A DNA stretch of 64,000 nt from a virus. Under the pieces are notes generated by a model, which ran no database searches, was not told where the DNA came from, and was given only the letters and a program-made list of their open reading frames with translations. The stretch spans positions 1 to 64,000 of IMG/VR virus record IMGVR_UViG_3300046777_002497; one strand, given 5' to 3'. Positions 10,177 through 18,739 of the stretch are shown here, in pieces (position 1 is the first letter of the stretch; each line of letters begins with the position of its first letter). Made by a program: the position numbers and the translations under genes.

Positions 10177-10885
10177 TGATAAAAGCCTCCATCTTCTTCA
10201 TTATCTTCGCCTTGTCATATTTATATGGAGGAATGTTGTATTCAATGCGTGGTCCACTGCCTACTTTCGCGTCAGGGAAGAAGCGTTCAACGATTTCTGC
10301 TGTTTCAATGGGAGCTGTGTAAAATTCGTTCGTAGTGCCACTAATTGCTTTCTTCGTGTCCTTCCATAGATCATCTAAACAATACCATTGATAGGCAGAG
10401 TTTGCATTGATCTTCTCCACATTATTGTTTGTCAATAGATCAAACAGAATATTCTTCTTAATAAGGCGATGAAACAATGCAGGAAGGCGAATGATTGTCA
10501 CCACTGAATCACGGAATACCGCCTTCACGAGCATTTCAAAGATGTAGCGATTGGTGCCGTAGTCAATAGCAAAAATTTCAGGCGTGCCGTCTGCATAATA
10601 CGCTGTTTGCCCATGCACGTCAATCGTTGAATAAACAATGACTTCCGCTGGGCTTGGAAGATGTCGGATGTTTTGAATGATGTTATTCATATTGTCAAAG
10701 TCGTCCAGTGGCGCAGCGTTTGCTTTCCATTTCTCCGCTGGCATGCAAGCCAAGTACAGCCTTTCAATGGGCTCCTTAAGCAGTGGAGCCTCGTGAATGT
10801 TTTTGGAATGGAAGCAGGCGCCAAACTCATGCGCCTCACGAAGCACTTGTCCAATGAGACCCGTGCTGCCAACTAAAACGTCCAT
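10163..10885 (-). CDS. NAD-dependent epimerase/dehydratase-like protein
   Basis: LVGSTGLIG, STIDV, YGTNRYIFE and IIRLPALF motifs. Confidence 0.8.
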   Translation of the reverse strand: MDVLVGSTGLIGQVLREAHEFGACFHSKNIHEAPLLKEPIERLYLACMPAEKWKANAAPLDDFDNMNNIIQNIRHLPSPAEVIVYSTIDVHGQTAYYADGTPEIFAIDYGTNRYIFEMLVKAVFRDSVVTIIRLPALFHRLIKKNILFDLLTNNNVEKINANSAYQWYCLDDLWKDTKKAISGTTNEFYTAPIETAEIVERFFPDAKVGSGPRIEYNIPPYKYDKAKIMKKMEAFINAWN

Positions 10886-10886
10886 T

Positions 10887-11554
10887 TCAAACTGCCACAG
10901 TCGGCGCTTGCTGTCGGGAGTATTTTACGGTGCATCGGCAGTTAGCACGGCATGCGCAGCGTTGTCCAGGAAGAGGCAAGCTTCCAATGGGGACCATGCC
11001 ACGAGCCGCATAGTCAAGGCAATCTTGGCAATGCTTCGCCTGGGAATCAAGGATGCGTCTCATTAGAGAGTAGCCTTGCTTTTCTTGACGAATACTGGCG
11101 CCTTCCCAAAAACTACCTCGTACGCTCTGAGCATACAGCCCGATACGAGCAAGAGCCATGGCACTAGAAACGCGGCCATCCAAAAGATCGCGAGCAAAGC
11201 CCTGTAAGTAAGCATATTCCACACGGAGACGCTGCCCGATGCGCCCCCAGTCGCTTGCCCGCATGGTTTCTCTGCCACCATTGCCGATGATTGCTGCCTG
11301 TACGTGGACAAGCTTAAGCGCTTCCCTCACGCTTCCTTGCCATTGGTCCAGCGTAATATCACCAGCGCTAAGCATACGTGTAAAACGCCGTAGCTCAGCG
11401 CCAAGCTTATTAATTCGACCATCCACCAGTGCTTCCACTGCGCGAACGCTGAGAAAGCGTCCATTAGCGCCGCGATACCGACCACTGATAGGGTCGTAAC
11501 GCCAGGATGATTCATCAAAACGAACAATGGCTTCAGAAAATTGAGAGAGATCAT
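10887..11554 (-). CDS. Minor head protein (Mu gpF/SPP1 gp7-like)
   Basis: HCQDC...PLPGQRCACRANCRC C-terminus; immediately follows the portal gene. Confidence 0.75.
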
Positions 11555-13659
11555 TGAGGCTGGACATCCTCTGCCTCCAGAATGTCCTTGAAGCGCTCAG
11601 GCGCTTCTTCTTTCCATTGATTCAATGCAGCGGAAATGTCTTCTTCATCAATGAGAGAAGCCTCATCAATATCAGCAAGAATAAGACCGCTGGTTTTCAA
11701 TGATTCAATTGCGTCTGTTTTGCTGCTGACCATTTTTGCTGGTCCTTTCCGCTCGGGATCGGGATCTGCTGCACGCTTACGACGCACAATGGTTTGACGC
11801 TCTTCTTTGCTCATGGCTTGAGCTTTTGCCTGAGGAAGACACTTGGGTTTGCCTTCTTTTTCTTCACGAGCGCCACAAGGCCCAAGAATTTCGCCGTTAG
11901 CGCCAATCCTCACCCATTTTTCCTTGAACCATTTATCAAGATCATCGGCGTGCAACTCACCTTCATCGCTCTTAAAAGCTCCGCTCAATGAACCATGCTT
12001 TTTCTTATACATTTGCTTGTACTGTTGCACGACATAGCCACTTGCATAAGCAGATGGCCATACTTTGAACTTAGCCTTTGCAGCGCTCACTGCACGAGAA
12101 TGAAGCTCCTTGTCAGTGAACGTTACGTCGCCACGAATTTTCTCTAAGTCACGCGGAAGATATAAACCAGCGCTGTCTTCCCGGCTGTCTTCCACTTCCC
12201 TGCTTCCATCCATGGGAAGCGTGCCATTCTCTTCGTCCAAAGGATCGCGACCACCTGGCGGCACTGCTAGCTTTCCACCCCCAGATTGAGTGGAACCACC
12301 CCCGCCTTGAGTGGAACCTGCGGTTTGGGGCAGCTCACGAACGACAGACGGATCGAGCATAAGCTCCATGCTCCACTCAGAACCGCCGTAACGGGCATCT
12401 GCCACTTCCTTAGGACTCAGTACACCCAACTGAATGTAACGGCCATCTACAGCCGCCACACGAGCCCGCACGTCAGCCATTTCGCGCTCATTAAGCTCAA
12501 ACAATGGATTAAAGGAGATGCGCCATGAGTCGGGTATTTCTCCCTTGGTCGGCCCCTCCTTGCTCAGCATGATGTATTCCATCAGCTTCTTCATCGGACG
12601 CTTGAAATGGACGCTCTGATAATCAGAAAGCATCTTTGCAAAATCACGCTCTTCACTGCGCCCCGTAGAGCCAAGTCCGCTCGGGCTTTCACCAAATAAC
12701 ACTGTATGGGGAATTTTGCTAGCGCCAATAATATCTACGCGCAGCTTTTCAAGTATTTCTCCAATACCTCCGAAATTACGACTAATAAATTCCAGCTCTT
12801 CCTTTTCAGCATCAATCGCATAGCCGCGATAAATGCTCTTGCTCATATCATTCACTTGCAAACGATCACGAATGGAGCTTTCTTTGCCAGCAGCAAGCAT
12901 TGCCGCCAAGCCCCTCACTTTATGAACAAAAATATCAAATTCAGTGAGGAGAGTGGCAGCAGAATTAAGGCCAGTCCAATAATGACGGAAGCTGTCATAA
13001 ACAGTTTGCAAACTGCTCATACCCCATCCATAGTTGCGCTGCCTCACGCGATAAGGCAACCAATCACCATCAAACCGCAAAATCCTATCTTTGTGAATAT
13101 AGGAAAGCGTGGGCTCGTTAATCAAATCTCCAGAGATGATCTGATAATAAGTGGCTTTTGAATAGTCGTAGAGGTTTTCTTCGTTGATAACTGGGGCGAT
13201 TTGCCAACGATCAAGGCATTCAATTTCTTCGATACGACGTATGTTGCGTTTATCGACAGGCATGTAAGCGGGACGCCCATCGTCAATAAAAAGAAGTAGA
13301 CAAGCACCCCCGTAAAGGCGGGAGTTCTTGGCTGCAAGGTTGAGGTGTTCGAGGATGTAGAGGTCTTCAATCGTTTGCTCAATGCCTTGTACTTCCTCGG
13401 CTCTTACGCCATCACCACCAAACAACACTTTAAAGCCCTTTCGCGTGGCCTGGTCTGCGTAGATATCAACAATGCGGCGGGGAAGCCATTCGCCATAGAG
13501 ATTTTCCAGTTCTTCCTGAGCAAGGAAGACAGTGGCAGTGGTTTTAGTGTATTGCGCCTTGTCCCGACCAGTGCCCATGCCAATCAGCACGTTTTGAAGG
13601 CCGTCCGCGCGAATGCCACCAGCAGTGGCATGCCCTAAATCAATTGCTTCGCCTTCCAT
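11551..13659 (-). CDS. Portal protein, DUF1073 family, with long C-terminal fusion
   Basis: RIVDIYADQATR, SRLYGGA, IHKDRILRF, IPHTVLFGESPSGL and FNPLFE motifs; about 270 extra C-terminal residues. Confidence 0.9.
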   Translation of the reverse strand: MEGEAIDLGHATAGGIRADGLQNVLIGMGTGRDKAQYTKTTATVFLAQEELENLYGEWLPRRIVDIYADQATRKGFKVLFGGDGVRAEEVQGIEQTIEDLYILEHLNLAAKNSRLYGGACLLLFIDDGRPAYMPVDKRNIRRIEEIECLDRWQIAPVINEENLYDYSKATYYQIISGDLINEPTLSYIHKDRILRFDGDWLPYRVRQRNYGWGMSSLQTVYDSFRHYWTGLNSAATLLTEFDIFVHKVRGLAAMLAAGKESSIRDRLQVNDMSKSIYRGYAIDAEKEELEFISRNFGGIGEILEKLRVDIIGASKIPHTVLFGESPSGLGSTGRSEERDFAKMLSDYQSVHFKRPMKKLMEYIMLSKEGPTKGEIPDSWRISFNPLFELNEREMADVRARVAAVDGRYIQLGVLSPKEVADARYGGSEWSMELMLDPSVVRELPQTAGSTQGGGGSTQSGGGKLAVPPGGRDPLDEENGTLPMDGSREVEDSREDSAGLYLPRDLEKIRGDVTFTDKELHSRAVSAAKAKFKVWPSAYASGYVVQQYKQMYKKKHGSLSGAFKSDEGELHADDLDKWFKEKWVRIGANGEILGPCGAREEKEGKPKCLPQAKAQAMSKEERQTIVRRKRAADPDPERKGPAKMVSSKTDAIESLKTSGLILADIDEASLIDEEDISAALNQWKEEAPERFKDILEAEDVQPQ

Positions 13660-13733
13660 AACGAATGTTAATGGCTATGTTGTATTGCTTTCAGTCTAAT
13701 TCCTGGATACATTGGTCGTAGAAGCTGGCCATT

Positions 13734-14270
13734 ATGGACTGGTTAATGCCTCTCACTTTTGCTTTCACTCCCGACCAGCGACAACATGCTCGCGCCGAAG
13801 GTTTTCGTAGGCAGTCTCTCAATGAACAGCAAGGGAAAAAAGGCCGAAACAATGGGGCGGAGAAGGGCGAATTAGCACTGCGTCATCATTTGCTCGGCGC
13901 CGCAGGAGAAATGGCAGTGGCAGTAATGCTTGGAATGGAAGACCAGCTTTATCAAGAAACAGAAGCACAGCGCGGCTCTTTTGATCTTCCTCCCAATATT
14001 GACATCAAAACTCGTTCCAAGCATTACTACGATTTGATAGTGCAGTTTGACGAAAGCCCGGATAAGATATTGGTGCTTGTCACAATTGAAAATCGCATCA
14101 CTCTCATCCATGGCTGGATAAAAGCTGCCGATGCGATGAGGGAACAATGGAAGAAAGATCCGGCGGGTGGGCGCCCCGCTTATTTCGTTCCTAAAACTGA
14201 ACTGCAGTCGTTATCGACTTTGAAACAATGCTCAAATGCTCAGACTTTGCGAAACACGCTCTTGGCTTAG
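13734..14270 (+). CDS. Hypothetical protein, PD-(D/E)XK nuclease-like
   Basis: AAGEMAV...SFDL...IDIKT pattern. Confidence 0.5.
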   Translation: MDWLMPLTFAFTPDQRQHARAEGFRRQSLNEQQGKKGRNNGAEKGELALRHHLLGAAGEMAVAVMLGMEDQLYQETEAQRGSFDLPPNIDIKTRSKHYYDLIVQFDESPDKILVLVTIENRITLIHGWIKAADAMREQWKKDPAGGRPAYFVPKTELQSLSTLKQCSNAQTLRNTLLA

Positions 14271-15595
14271 AACTCTATCCAGCTCAGGCTCGTATTCTGG
14301 ATGATTTCTTTCAGCCAGGAAAATCGCATGCAGTGTGGGCATTGGGACGAAGAAGTGGCAAAACATTAATGGCCGCCGTGGCATGTATTTATATGTGCTT
14401 CGTCCTTGAAGAAGAATATCGACGCAAGGTGCGAAAAGGGGAGCGATGGTATGTGGTGACAGTGGCAAACAGTCAGGATCAGGCCCGCATCGCCCTCAAC
14501 AACATCCGCCAACTAATCATCGAGAGCCCCTTCGCTCAAGAAATTGTTCGTGAAACTGCCGACATCATTGAGCTAAGTAATAATTGCGTATTTAAGGCCA
14601 TTCCTACATCCGGCCGTGCTGCTCGTGGTCTTGCTTGCGCCGGAGCAGTGTTTGACGAGCTTGCATTTGCCACTGAAGGCGATGCAAACAGTGGAGGTCG
14701 TGGCATCTACGACGCACTCTCTCCTGCCATTGCTCAGTTCGGAGGGAAAGGACGCATCCTTGAACTCTCTTCTCCATGGCTCACTGACGGCATCTTCTAT
14801 CAGCATTTCAAAGAAGCATCATCAGGACGTTTTCCTTTTATGCAAGCGATTAATCTCCCGACGTGGGAGATGAATCCAAGTATTTCGCAAGAGTTTCTTG
14901 ACACAGAGAGACAACGCGACCCCGAGAAATTTAAAGTTGAATATGGAGCCCAATTCGCCAGTAATCTTTCCGCGCTGGTGAATAGTGATGTAATTGATGC
15001 CTGTATTGATGATCGCCGTGCAGCATTACCACCACGTCCTGAATTCCAAGGAGCTTATGTCCTTGCCCTTGACCCCGCCCGTGGTGGCGTTGGCCGTGAC
15101 GACTACACTGCTTGCATTGTTCACTACGAAAACGGCACTCTCGTCGTGGATAAGTTCCATTCGTTCGTAGCTGATTTTGAAATCAATGGAAGGATGGAGG
15201 TCAATATCAATGCAGTGGAAGATTGGATTAAGGAACAACATCGCCTATATGTTTTTGACACCATTGTGATGGACCAGTTCAACAGTGCTGGCACCATCCA
15301 AAGTTTGGCCAGTGATTTGCCCATCACGGAACTAACTTGGACAGTTAGTTCAAAAATGAAAGCTTTCAGCAAAATGCGAGAGCTGTTCAATGCAGGGCAA
15401 ATTAATGTCTATCGCCATGAGAAAGCAATTATGCAGCTCAAGAATCTAACTGTGGTGTATAAACCGAGCGGACAATGGAGCGTGACTGGTGGTAAAGCCA
15501 CTGGCATTGACGACTTGGCATTTGCAATGGCTGGCGCCATTCTTGCCGCGAGTAAAGATGATGATATTGGCTGGATCGAAAGCCTAATCTCCTAG
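14228..15595 (+). CDS. terL: Terminase large subunit
   Basis: Walker A GRRSGKT, Walker B VFDE, LSSP coupling motif, RNase-H ALDPA and DDLA motifs. Confidence 0.92.
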   Translation: MLKCSDFAKHALGLELYPAQARILDDFFQPGKSHAVWALGRRSGKTLMAAVACIYMCFVLEEEYRRKVRKGERWYVVTVANSQDQARIALNNIRQLIIESPFAQEIVRETADIIELSNNCVFKAIPTSGRAARGLACAGAVFDELAFATEGDANSGGRGIYDALSPAIAQFGGKGRILELSSPWLTDGIFYQHFKEASSGRFPFMQAINLPTWEMNPSISQEFLDTERQRDPEKFKVEYGAQFASNLSALVNSDVIDACIDDRRAALPPRPEFQGAYVLALDPARGGVGRDDYTACIVHYENGTLVVDKFHSFVADFEINGRMEVNINAVEDWIKEQHRLYVFDTIVMDQFNSAGTIQSLASDLPITELTWTVSSKMKAFSKMRELFNAGQINVYRHEKAIMQLKNLTVVYKPSGQWSVTGGKATGIDDLAFAMAGAILAASKDDDIGWIESLIS

Positions 15596-15626
15596 TATGA
15601 TTTTCAAACAATAGTTCCGTCATGAA

Positions 15627-15890
15627 GTGACTTATTGCAAATTAACCATACAGGAAACAAAATTTCTTGTTGCGCTATTAGAAAATGCTCCTGTTAGTAG
15701 GCAAACCTCGCTGCAGCTTCTTGCTGCAGAACATCTATATATTCCTACATTGCTTCCTAAATTAAAAGCCCATGCCAAGCGCCTAAAGGAGGAAGAGCAG
15801 TTGGAGCGCTCTTGGGAAGCGGATGCCACTGACGATGACTACATGCCAGACCATGACGGTAGTGAAAGCTTAAGAGAATATGACGCTTGA
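15627..15890 (+). CDS. Hypothetical protein
   Basis: 87-aa ORF after terL. Confidence 0.5.
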   Translation: MTYCKLTIQETKFLVALLENAPVSRQTSLQLLAAEHLYIPTLLPKLKAHAKRLKEEEQLERSWEADATDDDYMPDHDGSESLREYDA

Positions 15891-16067
15891 CCATCGTCGT
15901 GTTATGATTTCAAAGCTTTCGCGAAGCACGCTGGCCAGCGTTTTAAAAGAACAGTATCGGGGGATGCTGTTCGTTGCCACAATGGATCGAAGGCCATGGG
16001 CCGACCCATGGTTAAAAGCTGTAGAACGGCGGATTGAAGCCCCGCCTTCAGCACCTTCGCTCCTCAT

Positions 16068-16149
16068 GCCTCCATGGTGAAACTGGTAAACACAGCGGAT
16101 TTAAGCTCCGCTGCCGAAAGGCTTGCAGGTTCAAGTCCTGCTGGGGGCA
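16068..16149 (+). tRNA. tRNA-Leu(TAA)
   Basis: Acceptor GCCTCCA/TGGGGGC; anticodon arm GCGGA-TTTAAGC-TCCGC; long variable arm; T arm GCAGG-TTCAAGT-CCTGC; no encoded CCA. Confidence 0.92.
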
Positions 16150-16166
16150 TCGTGCTAAGCTAAAGG

Positions 16167-16225
16167 AACGTTCACCCCAGCGATGGGGCGCATGAACAGC
16201 ATGGTACGGAACGGGACTGTGCATC
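16167..16225 (+). promoter_or_regulatory. Glutamine-II (Downstream-peptide) riboswitch
   Basis: CGTTCA-CCCC..GGGG-CGCA...ACGGAACGGG, directly upstream of a YRGVAY peptide; extended -10 (TGcTAAGCT) just upstream. Confidence 0.75.
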
Positions 16226-16238
16226 ATCGGGAACCATC

Positions 16239-16358
16239 ATGAACCCTCTTGCTCTGATCAAGCAGCAGCTTGAAAAAGCTGCTCGTCTGCGTGAAGCTCA
16301 AATGGCTTCGCTTGTCTATCGTGGCGTTGCTTATGTGCCCAAGCCTCATTGGTTTTGA
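16239..16358 (+). CDS. DUF4278-family 39-aa peptide
   Basis: MNPLALIKQQLEKAARLREAQMASLVYRGVAYVPKPHWF; LxYRGVxY signature; below the ORF-track cutoff. Confidence 0.8.
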   Translation: MNPLALIKQQLEKAARLREAQMASLVYRGVAYVPKPHWF

Positions 16359-16448
16359 GCAGCCGTTGTGGTAGCATTCTAAAGCCGACACGCCTTTTAG
16401 CATATCACGGCATTTGCTTGCTGTTCACATTAGTAAGGCGTTAACGCA

Positions 16449-16479
16449 AGAAAAGGGGCCGTCAGGCCCCTTTCTTTAT
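16449..16479. terminator. Bidirectional intrinsic terminator
   Basis: AAAAGGGGCC-GTCA-GGCCCCTTTCTTT between convergent genes. Confidence 0.75.
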
Positions 16480-16808
16480 TGCCCGCACTGTGCATTCACT
16501 GTCATTCCAGTGGCGCACGGCATTGGCAACAATCGCAATATTTGTAATCAAATACGAAGCAAAAATAAACGTGCGGACAATTGCCACTGTATCTGCTTCC
16601 TTGTCGCAATTACTCTCTTTGCTCCCTAGAGCCTTTGCCCATACCCTCCATAGCTTCTTCCTGCGCATAAATCCAAACCTTTAGTTCTGTTACGTATTGT
16701 CTAATGATGGCAGCTTTTTCAAGATGCCAATGGTCCATGGTTAGGAAAAATTGAGCATTGTGCCAATCAATGGCTCTTAATGATTGGTAAATAATTGGAT
16801 TGAGCGGT

Positions 16809-17381
16809 TCACGCAGAGGCGTATTGAACGTGCGACGCTCGCTCACGACGGAAAAAGTCTTTGATGTATTCAAACTCTATCGGAGCGAAGTCGTTCCTTT
16901 CTAGACAGCAGTTGAAATAACGCTTGTCAATCTGTCCATTGTCATTCAGAATACGATGACAATGCAAATGACCATGTACATTGCCTGTGTAATGTCCAGA
17001 AAGACACGATGGATGCACAGGGATATGCGTAAAGATTAAGCCACCAGGAAATGTGCTATCGCATGGATGGAAGAATGCCCCCCGTACGTCTTCAAAATAT
17101 GGCAAATAGTCTTTCAACGCGCCTTGGTCATGATTACCACGAATGAGAATTTTCCTTCCATTGAGGCGAGAAAGAAGCTTTAGCGATGCACGAGGAATAA
17201 CCACATCACCAAGATGGTAAATAGTATCACGCTTGCCCACTTTTGCGTTCCATCGCTCAACAATCGTTTCGTCCATCTCTTCGCACGATGCAAATGGACG
17301 CAATAGTTCGCCATCGGGCCTCAAGAAATCAATCATCTTCGCGTGACCAAAGTGAGTGTCGCTCGTGACGAAAGCACTCAT
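16809..17381 (-). CDS. Calcineurin-like metallophosphoesterase
   Basis: SDTHFGH, HLGD, GNHD, THIP and HGHLH motifs. Confidence 0.9.
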   Translation of the reverse strand: MSAFVTSDTHFGHAKMIDFLRPDGELLRPFASCEEMDETIVERWNAKVGKRDTIYHLGDVVIPRASLKLLSRLNGRKILIRGNHDQGALKDYLPYFEDVRGAFFHPCDSTFPGGLIFTHIPVHPSCLSGHYTGNVHGHLHCHRILNDNGQIDKRYFNCCLERNDFAPIEFEYIKDFFRRERASHVQYASA

Positions 17382-17584
17382 TATTTATATTCACCTACCA
17401 CGCAAGTTTTCACAAATGGCCGCTCAAGACTTTCAATTAATTTGATTGTCCATTCTTCGGCTTCATTTAAATCGTTAAACACATTGCGAAAAGTCCACCA
17501 CCAAAACTCTTTTTCCTGCACTTCATACGTGGGCCTCCGTGGATCTAATATTGAAGGCTTTTGAACGATGCGAAACCGTGCCAT
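17381..17584 (-). CDS. Hypothetical protein
   Basis: 67-aa ORF coupled to the phosphoesterase gene. Confidence 0.55.
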   Translation of the reverse strand: MARFRIVQKPSILDPRRPTYEVQEKEFWWWTFRNVFNDLNEAEEWTIKLIESLERPFVKTCVVGEYK

Positions 17585-17612
17585 GGTTCAATGGAGAAGA
17601 AGGCTCATCATA

Positions 17613-17684
17613 GGACAGCTCCAGGAATCGAACCTGGCATTCTGGGCTCCAATAGCCCAACGTGTACCACAACACTTAACCGTC
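17613..17684 (-). tRNA. tRNA-like element with atypical anticodon arm (TTG/Gln-like, undetermined)
   Basis: GACGGTT/AGCTGTC acceptor; GTGT/ACAC D stem; CCAGG-TTCGATT-CCTGG T arm; anticodon arm TTGGGC-TATTGGA-GCCCAG. Confidence 0.65.
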
Positions 17685-17685
17685 A

Positions 17686-17926
17686 GCAGCCCCTGGTTTG
17701 AGCATCGTTGAGAGGCTTAGGGGCGAGGATCCGTCAAGCTTGCCAAATGGGTCGAGGGCTCACCAGTGGATCAACCTGGCGGGAGCGTCCTCCCGACCTG
17801 CAAGCGCAGGATTTTACGCAAGCCAGAAAAGGCACTCCACGACCAACGGTGGACCTCAGAACTGGCTGCACACTGCCGACAGAGCAGCAGTGGTGGTGAT
17901 GCCCGATGCAAAGCAGAGCGGGAACC
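17686..17926 (-). ncRNA. Candidate structured ncRNA upstream of the tRNA-like element
   Basis: Seven consecutive hairpins, no credible ORF, extended -10 TGaTATAGT immediately upstream. Confidence 0.55.
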
Positions 17927-17937
17927 AACTAACTATA

Positions 17938-18675
17938 TCATGCCCGCCCGTACTGGGGCAGGTCATTGTTAGCAGCCTCGAAGAAAGAAGGCATGCGGCT
18001 GCGAGCTGTATCATTCAGCTCTTCGGCTTTTCCCTTCTCGAACAAGCTATCACTCTGCCGTAGCCAGAAATCCTTGTTCAGCCACTTGTCATTACTTGCT
18101 TGCAGCGCATCAAAAGCCCACAATGCAGTGGCCCGACGCAGTTTGTTCAAGCTCTGCCCAGCGGTTTCGCCCAGCTCCCGAGCAACAAGGCTATGCACGC
18201 CAACATGCGTGATTTCATCCCGGCTAATATCAGCCGCCACAGTACGAATGCCAATATCACCATTGAAACGGAAAAATGGCAATGCAACAAAGAAAATACT
18301 CCGCTCCAAAATGGCAGCTTTCAAAATGGGATGGGCAGGATGCTCTTGCCATGCCTTAAGGATGTTCGCCACTTCCTTCTCGGCCTTCTCATTGGTGCCA
18401 TGGGCAGCCGTCACATAGTTCAATGCCTCGTCGTGGCGCTGTTCATCGTCCTGGTTATGACGCAGGGCTTCGACCACGCCAGGAGTGGCAGGAAGGTCGC
18501 GCTCTAGTCCCTGCTGTAGAAAGTCCTTCACCGGCAGTTCCAGATGACGCAGAGCCAGCAGATTGTAAATCGTGTCCTCGCCACCTTCCTTAAGCTTTCC
18601 CTTGCTAACAGGCACGGCCTGCCAGGGGCGCTTCTTAGAAATCATGGACAGATAGGGGCTCTTGACAGCGTTCAT
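17938..18675 (-). CDS. nrdB: Ribonucleotide reductase beta subunit (ferritin-like, cyanophage type)
   Basis: ELPV, DEQRH, ILERSIFF and DEITH metal-ligand motifs; adjacent to the RNR alpha gene. Confidence 0.75.
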   Translation of the reverse strand: MNAVKSPYLSMISKKRPWQAVPVSKGKLKEGGEDTIYNLLALRHLELPVKDFLQQGLERDLPATPGVVEALRHNQDDEQRHDEALNYVTAAHGTNEKAEKEVANILKAWQEHPAHPILKAAILERSIFFVALPFFRFNGDIGIRTVAADISRDEITHVGVHSLVARELGETAGQSLNKLRRATALWAFDALQASNDKWLNKDFWLRQSDSLFEKGKAEELNDTARSRMPSFFEAANNDLPQYGRA

Positions 18676-18739
18676 GGTCGTAGTATCATTCAATGGTGTG
18701 TGAGGAAAGCGAAGGGGGCGCAAGCCCCCTTTTTCTTTA

